Notes under the pieces: model-generated
Seen by the model: the letters and a program-made list of their open reading frames with translations, nothing else
Told to the model about the DNA's origin: nothing
Databases searched by the model: none
Shown: piece by piece, positions 13,001-24,096 of the stretch
How positions within the stretch are numbered: the first letter of the stretch is position 1
Layout: each line of letters begins with the position of its first letter
Translations under genes and position numbers: made by a program
Assembly: GCA_964187785.1 (NCBI GenBank)
Contig: OZ076409.1
Location: 53,384,001 to 53,448,000 of the forward strand
Direction of reading: 5' to 3'
Length of the DNA: 64,000 nt
Origin: Amphiscolops sp. MND2022
Lineage: Eukaryota

Positions 13001-14463
13001 CGTCCATTGACCTGAACGTTGAACGAATATGGTATTAAGAACACAATTTGAGAAAGAGAGTGAAATGAAATTTCTCGAATTTGACTATAAATTCAAAAAA
13101 TCCGAATTTGCTCTATTTTCGGCAACATATTAGTTTTTGGATCCTTTCCGAATGTTTTCTTCATCTAGAAAATCCATAGGCTCAGAATTGAAACGTGTAG
13201 CTATCGGTAATGATTCAAATAGATGTCGGACAAGTTTCTTCTTTCGGCATCATTTGTTTAAAAATTTAGTAATCAATAGGCTACGAGCGAAATCGCTAGC
13301 GTTGCGGTACGCCTTCCAAAGGAAAATATTTAGCAGTTTCCCCTGTAAGCCGCAAACTTCAGAATGGCCCAAAAATTTAAAAAGTTTCGGATGTTTTCAA
13401 TCATTTTTTTGTAAACTTTTCAAGGTTTTTCATTCATTGGAATGGTGTAAACACTCAACAACAATTCGGTATCCAGAGTCGGCTTTTTAAAAGAGACATA
13501 TGTAGTTTGTTTTTAAAAGTTCTTCCAAATTACCCCGAAGTTGTCGAAAATATCATAATGTTCAAATTTTGATTTTTTAAGTGACATTTTGGTCAAAAAC
13601 ATAAAAATTTGGCATGTTAGTTATCCACATAATTGAATAACAAAACATTCAGGTCCTTGGTACTTTGCCTGTCCGTAAATTTGGTGTTTCCTTTAAATAT
13701 GGGAAGATATGAATCAAAACTGCTTTTCTTGGAACTTCTTTGCATCTTCATAGAACATTGGCTGCTCCTGAGCCTCAAATTTATGTCGTTATAGAACATA
13801 ATGTGGGTCGGAATGAAAATGAAAATTGTATTTTCTTGAACGCATATATAAAACCTTGGAAACATATTGGGGCACCGTTTTGACAGTTTCTCGAAAGGAA
13901 GTTCAAATATCTCGACAATTACATTTGATAGGAACTTAATTTTATAGCAGTTGAATTCTCTGGAAAAAACTTTCATAATTTGGATCAAAGTTTGAACTTG
14001 GCAAAAAAAGAAACTCAGTTACAGCGAATCAACAAGTACATTTTCTTTCCCATAAGGATATATGCGCGGAAAATATAAATTTAGTAGTTTGATTTCATAC
14101 AATATGAAACTTTCTTTTGTCAGGTTTGACTACATTACCCACTATTGTCAATTTGACCACCAAAGTATATGTAGTGTTTTTTTTAGTTTAAGGTGGGTAA
14201 TTCAATAACCTATTCCATATCATCTCAATGAGTATGGGTGTTTGAAGTTTCAAGTCGGTGCCTCCTCAGATTCAGAAAGATATACTTGATTCAGCAAGAT
14301 TCAGCATCGATCTACTTGAAGTCCTGGTTTCAAATTTTGCCTATTGAAGGTCGCAATAACATCACTGCTGAATTTAAACTTTGTTTGGCACCGTCAATCC
14401 TAGCTAGGGGAGAAGTGTTTCCATATATGTCATTCTATCCTTCTTACGCTGATTATTGTTTAG

Positions 14464-14515
14464 AATAAAAAAACTTCAAGAATAGTTTATTTAGTTAATG
14501 ACGAACTAAAAGAAG
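14464..14515 (+). CDS. Tentative small exon of Cys-loop channel gene 1 (region after loop B)
   Basis: TTGTTTAG acceptor and AG|GTAAGT donor. It reads NKKTSRIVYLVNDELKE and its phase 1 joins exon 24097 to give ...KEVSRGPVQLAQF, spaced like GABA-A beta YTTDDIEFYW...KAV...IELPQF. The conserved Trp is missing. Confidence 0.45.
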
Positions 14516-14721
14516 GTAAGTGACCTTAGAATCTTGCACTATTTGTATCAAACAGCGCATGCTTTGTGCAATCTGCCTGGCCAGTAAAGTTTTGCTAAAT
14601 GTCAACAAAAATGTAAAGTAGCACAAACGTTTTTTAAATCGAGTTTGAAAGAATAACTCGTATCTTTGAAAGAAAGTGCTCGTATCTTTTGAAATTGTCC
14701 AATTTGAAGCAATGTTATTAA

Positions 14722-15255
14722 CCCTAAATGGACGACGGTACGATTTCGTACCAGTTACTTTCTGCAGTATTCTGAAGGCACCAGTTGACCGACCGTATGG
14801 TAACGAAAACTCGTGAATAAGACTTTCAGACGAGTTTACATAGCATCATGCAGCTATGTGACATTGCTGCTCTTGTCACCGAAGATTGTCTTGATGTCTC
14901 CGAAAGTGAGAAAACGGGACCAACAAATCAGAAAAAAATAGAGCGCAGTTTTTCCATTTTTCAAGTTTTCGTTTGAGGACACTTTATCCCACTGGTATCA
15001 AGATTGGGTCAAAGTGACTCTAGCATGTTTTCAAACACGCTGAAGTGTAGTCAGGAGCACGAGGCGTGCAAAGTTTTGGCGCAAAGTCCGGAGCCAGTCC
15101 CAGCAGTTCAAAAATTAATTTGAAAGCCCTGATTGTCTTCTTTCGAACGCGCTATAAATCGCTTGTCAGACATAATTAGTTCAGGAGAAATTGCGGTTTA
15201 AAGTTGAAGCACCAGATTTTTGGATGGATCCAGAAATTTCCTCGTCCATTTAGGG
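14722..15255. mobile_element. piggyBac-type MITE (534 bp)
   Basis: Perfect 14-bp TIR CCCTAAATGGACGA/TCGTCCATTTAGGG with TTAA on both sides (14718-14721, 15256-15259); no transposase ORF. Confidence 0.92.
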
Positions 15256-15485
15256 TTAAGACTTCATCATACAATGCTGAGTCAGTACCATCAATGACCA
15301 AACCATCTTCAATTAGTCTCCATAAATTTCATTACTTTTTATTTTGACTTAAGTAATCGTCATCAGAATATTATCACTTTGATGATATTATCACTCAAAA
15401 CATGATTGTCATCTCAAGCTAAGCGGCAAATTGCAACAAAACAAACGTTTTCCTATTAAACTTTCAAAAATTGAATCATTCATGA

Positions 15486-17669
15486 TGTCGCAGGCTGCCT
15501 CCTGCAAATTACCCAATCACAGTGCAGTATAGCTAGTATTAGCATTATCTCTCGGCAATACATTATTTGGCCGGTTATGGCCGCTTGCCTTAATCTAACT
15601 ACTATGCTCGTGAACGCTGGTCCAATGGCCGGTTCCGGCCTATTTAGCTTTTATCAAGTAATCTGTGCTATTTAATCAGTAGTGCTGTGTATTTTCTTGG
15701 AAAGTACTTGAAGCTGTCTTAATACGTCAGATGCCATGATTAAAAGTGTTAGAAGAAGTATTGGTAATTGTTTTAATTATAGTTGCTATTGATAAAATCC
15801 CGTACCAGATACGTCACTTGAGCACGCGGCCTTGTCCAATCAAATTACTCCATTTGCTACGCAGTTAATACTTCCATTCATTAATGGCCGAATAAGGCCT
15901 GTGGACATAACTTCGCTACTTTTAATAAATATCCAGTCAGACGGCCGGTTCCGGCCATTTCACAAAAAGCGCAATTGTGATGCTAATTATTAACCAGGAT
16001 TCATGTGCTTGTACTCTTAGGCTGAATAACCCCTCTAGTGCAGTATTAACTAACTACACCACAGACTTAGCTCTTTCAGACGGTTAAGGCCGTTTGACCA
16101 GTATTTTAATAATGTTTACTTAATACGAGGCAATTAGCCTATTCAGGCCAGATTGTGTAAAGCGCTGTACACATTTTTAATTGATTGGCCGTATATGGCC
16201 ACTTGACGTTATATTAGATTGGTAATGCAGGACAAAAAGAAAATGGCCGGTTTAGGCCATTTTGCTTATTATTATTAGAGATGCTTTTAAGCATGAATGA
16301 GTTTGTTTTACAGTCATGTAAGATTATATTTATATACTTGAAGATGTTAATGAGCTTTTTAAATCCAATTAGTGCAATAATAACGACCAGTAGTAGCAAT
16401 CCGAATACCCGTCACCTGTCCTATTCCGGCCTTCACTATTGGCCAGCTCCCAAGTCCAATGGCCGTATTCGGCCATATTGCTATATTATGTTCATTTCTA
16501 TTGCATGAAACTGTGTCTTTATTTTGTTGATTCTACGCACGTGTGTAGGCACGTGCCGCTAAATAGTTTACATTCCTCTCACTGTAAACAATTTGAAAGT
16601 ATTAGTTTTGATGTTTGGTCAAAGTGTTGTTTGCCTAATATAATAAGGCTAAATTCCTCCGCTCCCCTTTGATGATAGTATTTGCAGTTAGAAAATGCAT
16701 TTGAGTGCATTCCATATTTTATGTAAACTTTAAATGATTTTGCTGCGAATGAATTAGGTATGAATTCCCTTTGGCCCTAACGGGACAAATTCCTAAGTGC
16801 TTTGATGCAGTTGACGCCGCTAAAAATGAATGAATGTTAGTGGTCACCCGCCATGGTCATGTGCCCTTTATGGAATTTGTAAGTAGATTGTCATGCAAGG
16901 AATGTGAGTGTCACCCTCTCAGGGGTATATATATATTGGTATTTTTCCGAGAGGGACACAATTGTATTTTGCTTCTCCAAGTTTAGTTTGATATACCTGT
17001 TTACGATACAACGTACAAAATCCTATTTTCCGAATAAAACCTAATTCACTGTTTTACCTCGGACTTTCTTTCTAATGCCTACAACAAGAAAGCAGAAGAA
17101 AACCAGAAAATCTAGAGGAGTTGAGATAATTTCGGACATTGAAAATGTAGATATGATGCTCGGAGAAAACCATTTCAGTAGAAATGAGAGAGATGAAAGC
17201 CTCAGTAGTAATCAAACCAGAAGACCTGAAAGTACTTTTGGTGATCAATTTGAAAATAATGATGAAAACAGGTACTTAAATTCAAGAAATGACGGACTTA
17301 GTCCAAATGCCGATTACGGCCAAAACTCTGCTGGAGGTAATTCTAGTGCTGAGATAAATAGACTGTCGAGTGAATTGAATTCCCGAATATCTAGAGAGAT
17401 GGACGAGATGATGAATAGTGTCAGTGTTCAGATACAGAGAGCCATAAATGATGCAATTAGCAATCAGGTTTTACCCCAGATTCAAAATGCCATTGTGGCC
17501 GGATCGGGACATTTGACCAGAGAAAGATGGAACGTTCCGGCCGAGAGACCGGAAGGATATTCCGAAGTTCTGCGAAACTCAGATTCCAGAGATAACTCGA
17601 GAAGTAAGCCATTTATGGACTGTCAGAAAGACGGTCCAACTACATCCACAAACGCGCGTGCTTACGACA
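15486..17669 (+). repeat. 5' LTR (2184 bp)
   Basis: Direct repeat of 21393-23576; TATA-like GTATATATATA near 16925, AATAAA near 17033, gag ATG at 17075. Confidence 0.95.
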
Positions 17670-18793
17670 TGGTGACAGGAGAAAACGAATCTCCAACTGA
17701 TATTCCTGAGTTTCTCACGGGACGAATGCCATCAAGAAGTCATCTCAACCGATCTCATGATGACCTCAATCCCCTGCTCGACACGACGATCCCAGCACAA
17801 GAAAGGACCGTTACGGCCCCGGAACAAGATCCTATCAACAGGCTAGCTGATGTCTTGACCAGTATGCAGAACCGTCCAACAGCCCAACAACCCACTATCC
17901 GCCCAGTCAACTCAAACACTATGACTTTTGACGGCAAAAGCAAGAAGTTCGGGCTGTTCGTATATCTATTCCACACGATGATCAAGTTGATGTCCGAGCA
18001 GATGAAAATTAATCATTTTCATTCGCTTTTGAGAAAAAACGCTCTGCAAACATTCCGAAACATTAGCACAGCTAACAGACAAACTCTCGAGGACGTATTA
18101 GTCATCTTCGGACGGAAATACGTCAAACCCGAATCTCAAACAACTACCAAACATAAATGGCACCGTCTGGTATTTGATCCGAATACGACAAAACTACCAG
18201 ATTTTCTTGAAGAGCTGAATCAAGGCGCAGAAAAAGCATTCGGAGACAATGCCCAAAAGATGATTGACAGTCTCCTATACGCAAAATTTCCGCCCAAGCA
18301 AAAAAGATCAGTCAATATGGCCAGATTAGAGAACGCCTCCTATGACGAAATTGTCGCTCATCTTGAGAGAGAATTGGAGCTAAACGCCCTTGAAGAATCT
18401 GATGACCTACCAATGGCATCAATGACGTCTTCAGCCACAAAAACAAAAACTGTTCCATCAAACGTCCAAATGAGTGACATTACCTGCAACTATTGCAAAG
18501 AAAAGGGCCACATGGTCAAAGACTGTGAAAAGCGCAAAAAGAAGAAGGAGAAAGATGCCCAACAAGGCAAGCCCACACAGAAAAAGGTTTATCCTAAATG
18601 TGAGACATGTGGCAAGACAAACCACCCTGAGGAGAGATGCTGGCAAGGTGCTGGTGCGCATCTCAAGCCCAAACGCACCAGGCCAGAGGACTCGTCGGAC
18701 AGCGATCCTGACCCCAAATCCTCAAAACCCCATCACAAGCCAACATCATCCAGTTCCCAATCCTCATCAAGCAAAGATGAGTCAAAAAACTAG
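17075..18793 (+). CDS. gag: Gag-like protein, 572 aa, intact
   Basis: Long open frame with a capsid-like helical middle and two CX2CX4HX4C knuckles (CNYCKEKGHMVKDC, CETCGKTNHPEERC). Confidence 0.9.
   Translation: MPTTRKQKKTRKSRGVEIISDIENVDMMLGENHFSRNERDESLSSNQTRRPESTFGDQFENNDENRYLNSRNDGLSPNADYGQNSAGGNSSAEINRLSSELNSRISREMDEMMNSVSVQIQRAINDAISNQVLPQIQNAIVAGSGHLTRERWNVPAERPEGYSEVLRNSDSRDNSRSKPFMDCQKDGPTTSTNARAYDMVTGENESPTDIPEFLTGRMPSRSHLNRSHDDLNPLLDTTIPAQERTVTAPEQDPINRLADVLTSMQNRPTAQQPTIRPVNSNTMTFDGKSKKFGLFVYLFHTMIKLMSEQMKINHFHSLLRKNALQTFRNISTANRQTLEDVLVIFGRKYVKPESQTTTKHKWHRLVFDPNTTKLPDFLEELNQGAEKAFGDNAQKMIDSLLYAKFPPKQKRSVNMARLENASYDEIVAHLERELELNALEESDDLPMASMTSSATKTKTVPSNVQMSDITCNYCKEKGHMVKDCEKRKKKKEKDAQQGKPTQKKVYPKCETCGKTNHPEERCWQGAGAHLKPKRTRPEDSSDSDPDPKSSKPHHKPTSSSSQSSSSKDESKN
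17670..17681 (+). promoter_or_regulatory. Primer binding site, lying inside the gag frame
   Basis: TGGTGACAGGAG directly after the LTR end; one mismatch from the complement of a typical animal tRNA-Leu 3' end (TGGTGTCAGGAG). Confidence 0.7.
18784..18790 (+). promoter_or_regulatory. -1 programmed ribosomal frameshift slippery site A_AAA_AAC
   Basis: In-register X_XXY_YYZ heptamer immediately before the gag TAG; the -1 frame is open from 18790 to 20034. Confidence 0.8.
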
Positions 18794-20034
18794 CTTCGCC
18801 ACCACTCCAATACAACCAACTAGTCTCTGTCCGTCAATACATCAAATCGGACCCTCAAACCAAAAACTTTCATAATTACCAACAACAATTGATGGGCTAT
18901 CCTTCTGTTGTCTGGCAGCAGCAAATTGAAAAAGCTATCATTATTACCTATAATAATACCCATTTGTTCCAGAAATCAATTCCTGTTTGGGATCCTGACT
19001 ACACAACTACCTTTACTACCCGATTCAGGCCCATTCCCTTAGTAGACGACTACAACCCTACATACATCGACCCAGATTATGGAAGAGATCACTACTGGGA
19101 CACTGAGATCTGCAACCAGGATCTATTGCAATTTCAATATGTTCTAGACGATATTGAACAATGCAACAAGACAGTCCACGAGAACCCTCCAATTACCCAT
19201 AACAAGAAAACCAGAGCGCTAAACCATCCGGTGTTTCCAAACCCCTTGGGAACCGAGAATATCGAAAACTGTGCAGAATCAATTCCACAATCGCTACTAG
19301 ACGAGAGACAGTTCCAGAATGTACTCATTACCAAAAATGGTGAACCAGACTGTATACCCCTGTCAACCAACAGTAACCTTAAACCTCAGATCTTGCACCG
19401 AGTTCGCCTCAAAAAGTTTGTCCCCAATCAACCGCTTGAGGACATTTTCCGAGAAGAGCGATTACTGCCGGACGAAGAAATTGTCATTCCGCAGGACGAT
19501 TTGTACACAGTTACGTGGGAAACAAACTTTGGTGAACAGCTAGCTACACGAGGCAACGAGCCTATTCCGGCTAGCTTGCCGAATGAAGAAAGAACGAGTA
19601 CGGCAAAAGCGAACGCAGATAACGCAAGCGAGAATGAAGCGGATTACATAATCACGACTGATTGTCCGAATGACGTCAACGATACAGAGCACAGTCGAGA
19701 TAAACGACTGAAAAGTGACGTCAGCAATGCAAATGAAGATAGTGAAGCTACTAGAAATGAAAACTCTGATTGGCCGGATTCGGCCGTTTACCACAATAAT
19801 CCAGAAAAATCTTTGCCGGATCTGTCCGAAAGACAAGAAAACAATGCAAATGTTTCAGAACGAAATTCTGCTAATGAAAGCGATGCACAAAAATCTCCAA
19901 AAAAGGGGGATGATATTATCGTGCCCGAAATATCGCAAAATGATGAAGGGAATGAAAATCTGAGTCCTAGAGGTGGAAGATATAATTTGAGACCTAATCC
20001 TAATCCAAACTACTCAGAAGACTTCAGATACTAG
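18790..20034 (+). CDS. Internally deleted pol frame (pre-protease region fused in frame to the integrase C-terminal tail)
   Basis: No PR, RT, RH or IN catalytic motifs. QILHRVRLKKF resembles the end of the gypsy integrase C-terminal module, followed by an acidic tract and an RYNLRP tail. Junction near 19383. Confidence 0.75.
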   Translation, partial: LASPPLQYNQLVSVRQYIKSDPQTKNFHNYQQQLMGYPSVVWQQQIEKAIIITYNNTHLFQKSIPVWDPDYTTTFTTRFRPIPLVDDYNPTYIDPDYGRDHYWDTEICNQDLLQFQYVLDDIEQCNKTVHENPPITHNKKTRALNHPVFPNPLGTENIENCAESIPQSLLDERQFQNVLITKNGEPDCIPLSTNSNLKPQILHRVRLKKFVPNQPLEDIFREERLLPDEEIVIPQDDLYTVTWETNFGEQLATRGNEPIPASLPNEERTSTAKANADNASENEADYIITTDCPNDVNDTEHSRDKRLKSDVSNANEDSEATRNENSDWPDSAVYHNNPEKSLPDLSERQENNANVSERNSANESDAQKSPKKGDDIIVPEISQNDEGNENLSPRGGRYNLRPNPNPNYSEDFRY

Positions 20035-21392
20035 GAAAAGATTAATAAGCGTCCAAGAAGGAACACTGCTCTCTTTTCTTCTTTTCCTTTTCATTTTTAA
20101 AGTCCTTCCTCCCTCTGCTTCTACCTCTCCTTCTACTTCTCTTCCTACTGCATCTACCCTTCTTCCTTCTTCGTCCTTTGTCTCTTGGTCGCCATGAATG
20201 ATTCAGCGACCTGTGACCCTTCTAGCAATTGAGCCTCTGCATGGAGTCTGACCTTTTCGTCAGCGTAAGCTGTAATATCAACACTGTCAGTACTACTTGG
20301 GGACCTCTCTACTCTAAGAGGAGGAAACAGGGGCGGTGAAAACACAACAGCATAACCTGTACCCACGGGTGAATTGGGATCTGGTGTTCGAGTAGTCTCT
20401 TTGTTCTGATTCTATAAACAGAAAGAGATGAAATTTGGCGGTTAGCTTCCTTGAAAGAAATCCATTTTGCCGCGTCAGAAACCTTTCGAAAGTGTTCTAA
20501 AAATTTGAATGAAACGTGTTATCACGTGTTTAGTGATGGAAGCAGGAAGCATTTTGTGAACAAATTTTAACCCTGATCAAGTTAAATTAGTTCAAAATAA
20601 AAATCCAGATCAACTTGTGTTTGAAGACATCCTGCAGTGATGGAAACTCCTTCCGGGTAACCGTCCTCATTCGGCTGGTGAAGTTGGGGAAAGTGGCCGA
20701 GCTCGGCTGAAAAGAGGAAGATGCTCCGGAATACTCCGAGGAAAATGTAGTCAACAACAAAGTTGAAGTCGGAGAGAGATGGACGTCGTAAAGATGAATT
20801 CAAATGAACAAAAATCCAAATAAAAAAGGAATTAGAATAATGATAATCAAAATTGAAAAGTTGGAGTTCGTGGCTGAAGAGATTACCGGGTTAATATTTT
20901 ATGGCTATTTACGAATTTAAAACTGTGCATGGAGTCTGCCAGCGAAATGTACAGAAGATTGCTCATTATTTACAAATTAGTTAGTTAGAAGCCGATTATG
21001 GCCATTTACCTTGTTCCGTTTTGCCGTTTTGTTCCGTTGCCCTTATTACCATTTAGTTAGAATTTCCGCATTCTGGATTATTTTAGTTATTATTTTCACC
21101 ATTTTACTATCCAATTTCCATTTTATCGAAAGTCAATTTTGATTGGCTAAAACGATTTTAAGAGAAACCTTTGGTGCGTGCCGTTAATTACCTCCAAGCG
21201 ACTCGTTAATTACCCACTTGAGACGAGTGTATTTGATATTAACATCTTGAGCATTGTTCACACCTATTCTGATGACGGGAGTGATAAGGAGATCAACACC
21301 AAGAGGTGAGCCGGCCTACGTCACAGCAATTATGAAGGAAGCTTATTTGAATGGACTTAATGCAGGGTCGTTTTTATTTATTCCACCCGCAG

Positions 21393-23576
21393 TGTCGCAG
21401 GCTGCCTCCTGCAAATTACCCAATCACAGTGCAGTATAGCTAGTATTAGCATTATCTCTCGGCAATACATTATTTGGCCGGTTATGGCCGCTTGCCTTAA
21501 TCTAACTACTATGCTCGTGAACGCTGGTCCAATGGCCGGTTCCGGCCTATTTAGCTTTTATCAAGTAATCTGTGCTATTTAATCAGTAGTGCTGTGTATT
21601 TTCTTGGAAAGTACTTGAAGCTGTCTTAATACGTCAGATGCCATGATTAAAAGTGTTAGAAGAAGTATTGGTAATTGTTTTAATTATAGTTGCTATTGAT
21701 AAAATCCCGTACCAGATACGTCACTTGAGCACGCGGCCTTGTCCAATCAAATTACTCCATTTGCTACGCAGTTAATACTTCCATTCATTAATGGCCGAAT
21801 AAGGCCTGTGGACATAACTTCGCTACTTTTAATAAATATCCAGTCAGACGGCCGGTTCCGGCCATTTCACAAAAAGCGCAATTGTGATGCTAATTATTAA
21901 CCAGGATTCATGTGCTTGTACTCTTAGGCTGAATAACCCCTCTAGTGCAGTATTAACTAACTACACCACAGACTTAGCTCTTTCAGACGGTTAAGGCCGT
22001 TTGACCAGTATTTTAATAATGTTTACTTAATACGAGGCAATTAGCCTATTCAGGCCAGATTGTGTAAAGCGCTGTACACATTTTTAATTGATTGGCCGTA
22101 TATGGCCACTTGACGTTATATTAGATTGGTAATGCAGGACAAAAAGAAAATGGCCGGTTTAGGCCATTTTGCTTATTATTATTAGAGATGCTTTTAAGCA
22201 TGAATGAGTTTGTTTTACAGTCATGTAAGATTATATTTATATACTTGAAGATGTTAATGAGCTTTTTAAATCCAATTAGTGCAATAATAACGACCAGTAG
22301 TAGCAATCCGAATACCCGTCACCTGTCCTATTCCGGCCTTCACTATTGGCCAGCTCCCAAGTCCAATGGCCGTATTCGGCCATATTGCTATATTATGTTC
22401 ATTTCTATTGCATGAAACTGTGTCTTTATTTTGTTGATTCTACGCACGTGTGTAGGCACGTGCCGCTAAATAGTTTACATTCCTCTCACTGTAAACAATT
22501 TGAAAGTATTAGTTTTGATGTTTGGTCAAAGTGTTGTTTGCCTAATATAATAAGGCTAAATTCCTCCGCTCCCCTTTGATGATAGTATTTGCAGTTAGAA
22601 AATGCATTTGAGTGCATTCCATATTTTATGTAAACTTTAAATGATTTTGCTGCGAATGAATTAGGTATGAATTCCCTTTGGCCCTAACGGGACAAATTCC
22701 TAAGTGCTTTGATGCAGTTGACGCCGCTAAAAATGAATGAATGTTAGTGGTCACCCGCCATGGTCATGTGCCCTTTATGGAATTTGTAAGTAGATTGTCA
22801 TGCAAGGAATGTGAGTGTCACCCTCTCAGGGGTATATATATATTGGTATTTTTCCGAGAGGGACACAATTGTATTTTGCTTCTCCAAGTTTAGTTTGATA
22901 TACCTGTTTACGATACAACGTACAAAATCCTATTTTCCGAATAAAACCTAATTCACTGTTTTACCTCGGACTTTCTTTCTAATGCCTACAACAAGAAAGC
23001 AGAAGAAAACCAGAAAATCTAGAGGAGTTGAGATAATTTCGGACATTGAAAATGTAGATATGATGCTCGGAGAAAACCATTTCAGTAGAAATGAGAGAGA
23101 TGAAAGCCTCAGTAGTAATCAAACCAGAAGACCTGAAAGTACTTTTGGTGATCAATTTGAAAATAATGATGAAAACAGGTACTTAAATTCAAGAAATGAC
23201 GGACTTAGTCCAAATGCCGATTACGGCCAAAACTCTGCTGGAGGTAATTCTAGTGCTGAGATAAATAGACTGTCGAGTGAATTGAATTCCCGAATATCTA
23301 GAGAGATGGACGAGATGATGAATAGTGTCAGTGTTCAGATACAGAGAGCCATAAATGATGCAATTAGCAATCAGGTTTTACCCCAGATTCAAAATGCCAT
23401 TGTGGCCGGATCGGGACATTTGACCAGAGAAAGATGGAACGTTCCGGCCGAGAGACCGGAAGGATATTCCGAAGTTCTGCGAAACTCAGATTCCAGAGAT
23501 AACTCGAGAAGTAAGCCATTTATGGACTGTCAGAAAGACGGTCCAACTACATCCACAAACGCGCGTGCTTACGACA
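21393..23576 (+). repeat. 3' LTR (2184 bp)
   Basis: Copy of 15486-17669, followed by TSD CATGA. Confidence 0.95.
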
Positions 23577-23581
23577 CATGA
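22982..23581 (+). CDS. Gag N-terminal fragment (199 aa) carried by the 3' LTR
   Basis: Identical to gag residues 1-198; the stop TGA is supplied by the target-site duplication. Expression is unknown. Confidence 0.5.
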   Translation: MPTTRKQKKTRKSRGVEIISDIENVDMMLGENHFSRNERDESLSSNQTRRPESTFGDQFENNDENRYLNSRNDGLSPNADYGQNSAGGNSSAEINRLSSELNSRISREMDEMMNSVSVQIQRAINDAISNQVLPQIQNAIVAGSGHLTRERWNVPAERPEGYSEVLRNSDSRDNSRSKPFMDCQKDGPTTSTNARAYDT

Positions 23582-24096
23582 TATCTCTATCACTGTACAA
23601 AACTCATGTCAGTTTCCGCTGTTTTCGCGTCTCCGTAAAAATAAGCTTCTTAAAATGAGTATTGATTTGTGCGTAATCAACGAATTCATCATCAAAAGTG
23701 TGCGCCATGTCATTAAAAATTTTCTCTTCGAGCAAGGTTGCATAGCGAAATATTTGACAAGCGAGGCTAAAACCAAACCATTGATATCACCTGATTGAAG
23801 TCGATAAACTTGATTCAACTTGAAGTTTATAAATTCGATTATGTTGGAAAGATGGTTATAACCTATAGGCACCTGAACGCAATACATTTCATGTTTTTTT
23901 TTCAGATGCTCAACCTTGAACAAATTGATCAACTTCCCCATAATGATTGTCCTTCGGCGCATTTAGGAAAAACTTGATCTTCGACAGATAGTTTCTATTC
24001 CTATCCGTTAGGTATAATTCGTTGAGCGAGCTTTGAGTTCATTGCATAATGCTTCCAACTTTCTTATTCCACCTGTAACTTTGTTATTACTTCCAG

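Larger units (their letters stand above)
15486..23576 (+). mobile_element. Young non-autonomous gypsy-type LTR retrotransposon with 2184-bp gag-containing LTRs
   Basis: LTRs TGTCG...CGACA at 15486-17669 and 21393-23576 (offset 5907; no differences noticed, all shared ORFs identical). 5-bp TSD CATGA (15481-85, 23577-81). PBS after the 5' LTR; gag with two CCHC knuckles. Confidence 0.95.

Noticed and set aside
15569..16474. CRISPR-like array (palindromic repeats with unique spacers)
   Set aside because: The repeats have only 8 fixed bases, overall spacing is irregular, there are no cas genes, and the context is a eukaryotic LTR.
16214..16672. Short ORFs repeated at 22121-22579
   Set aside because: They are identical only because they lie in the LTRs; there are no protein motifs.
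15486..23576. The 2184-bp direct repeat as a segmental duplication or assembly error
   Set aside because: TG...CA ends with inverted termini, a PBS at the inner boundary and a perfect 5-bp TSD identify the repeats as LTRs.
23907..23977. Strong acceptor TTTTTTTTTCAG as the missing Cys-loop exon
   Set aside because: No frame gives C-x13-C with FPxD, and all frames stop without a good donor.
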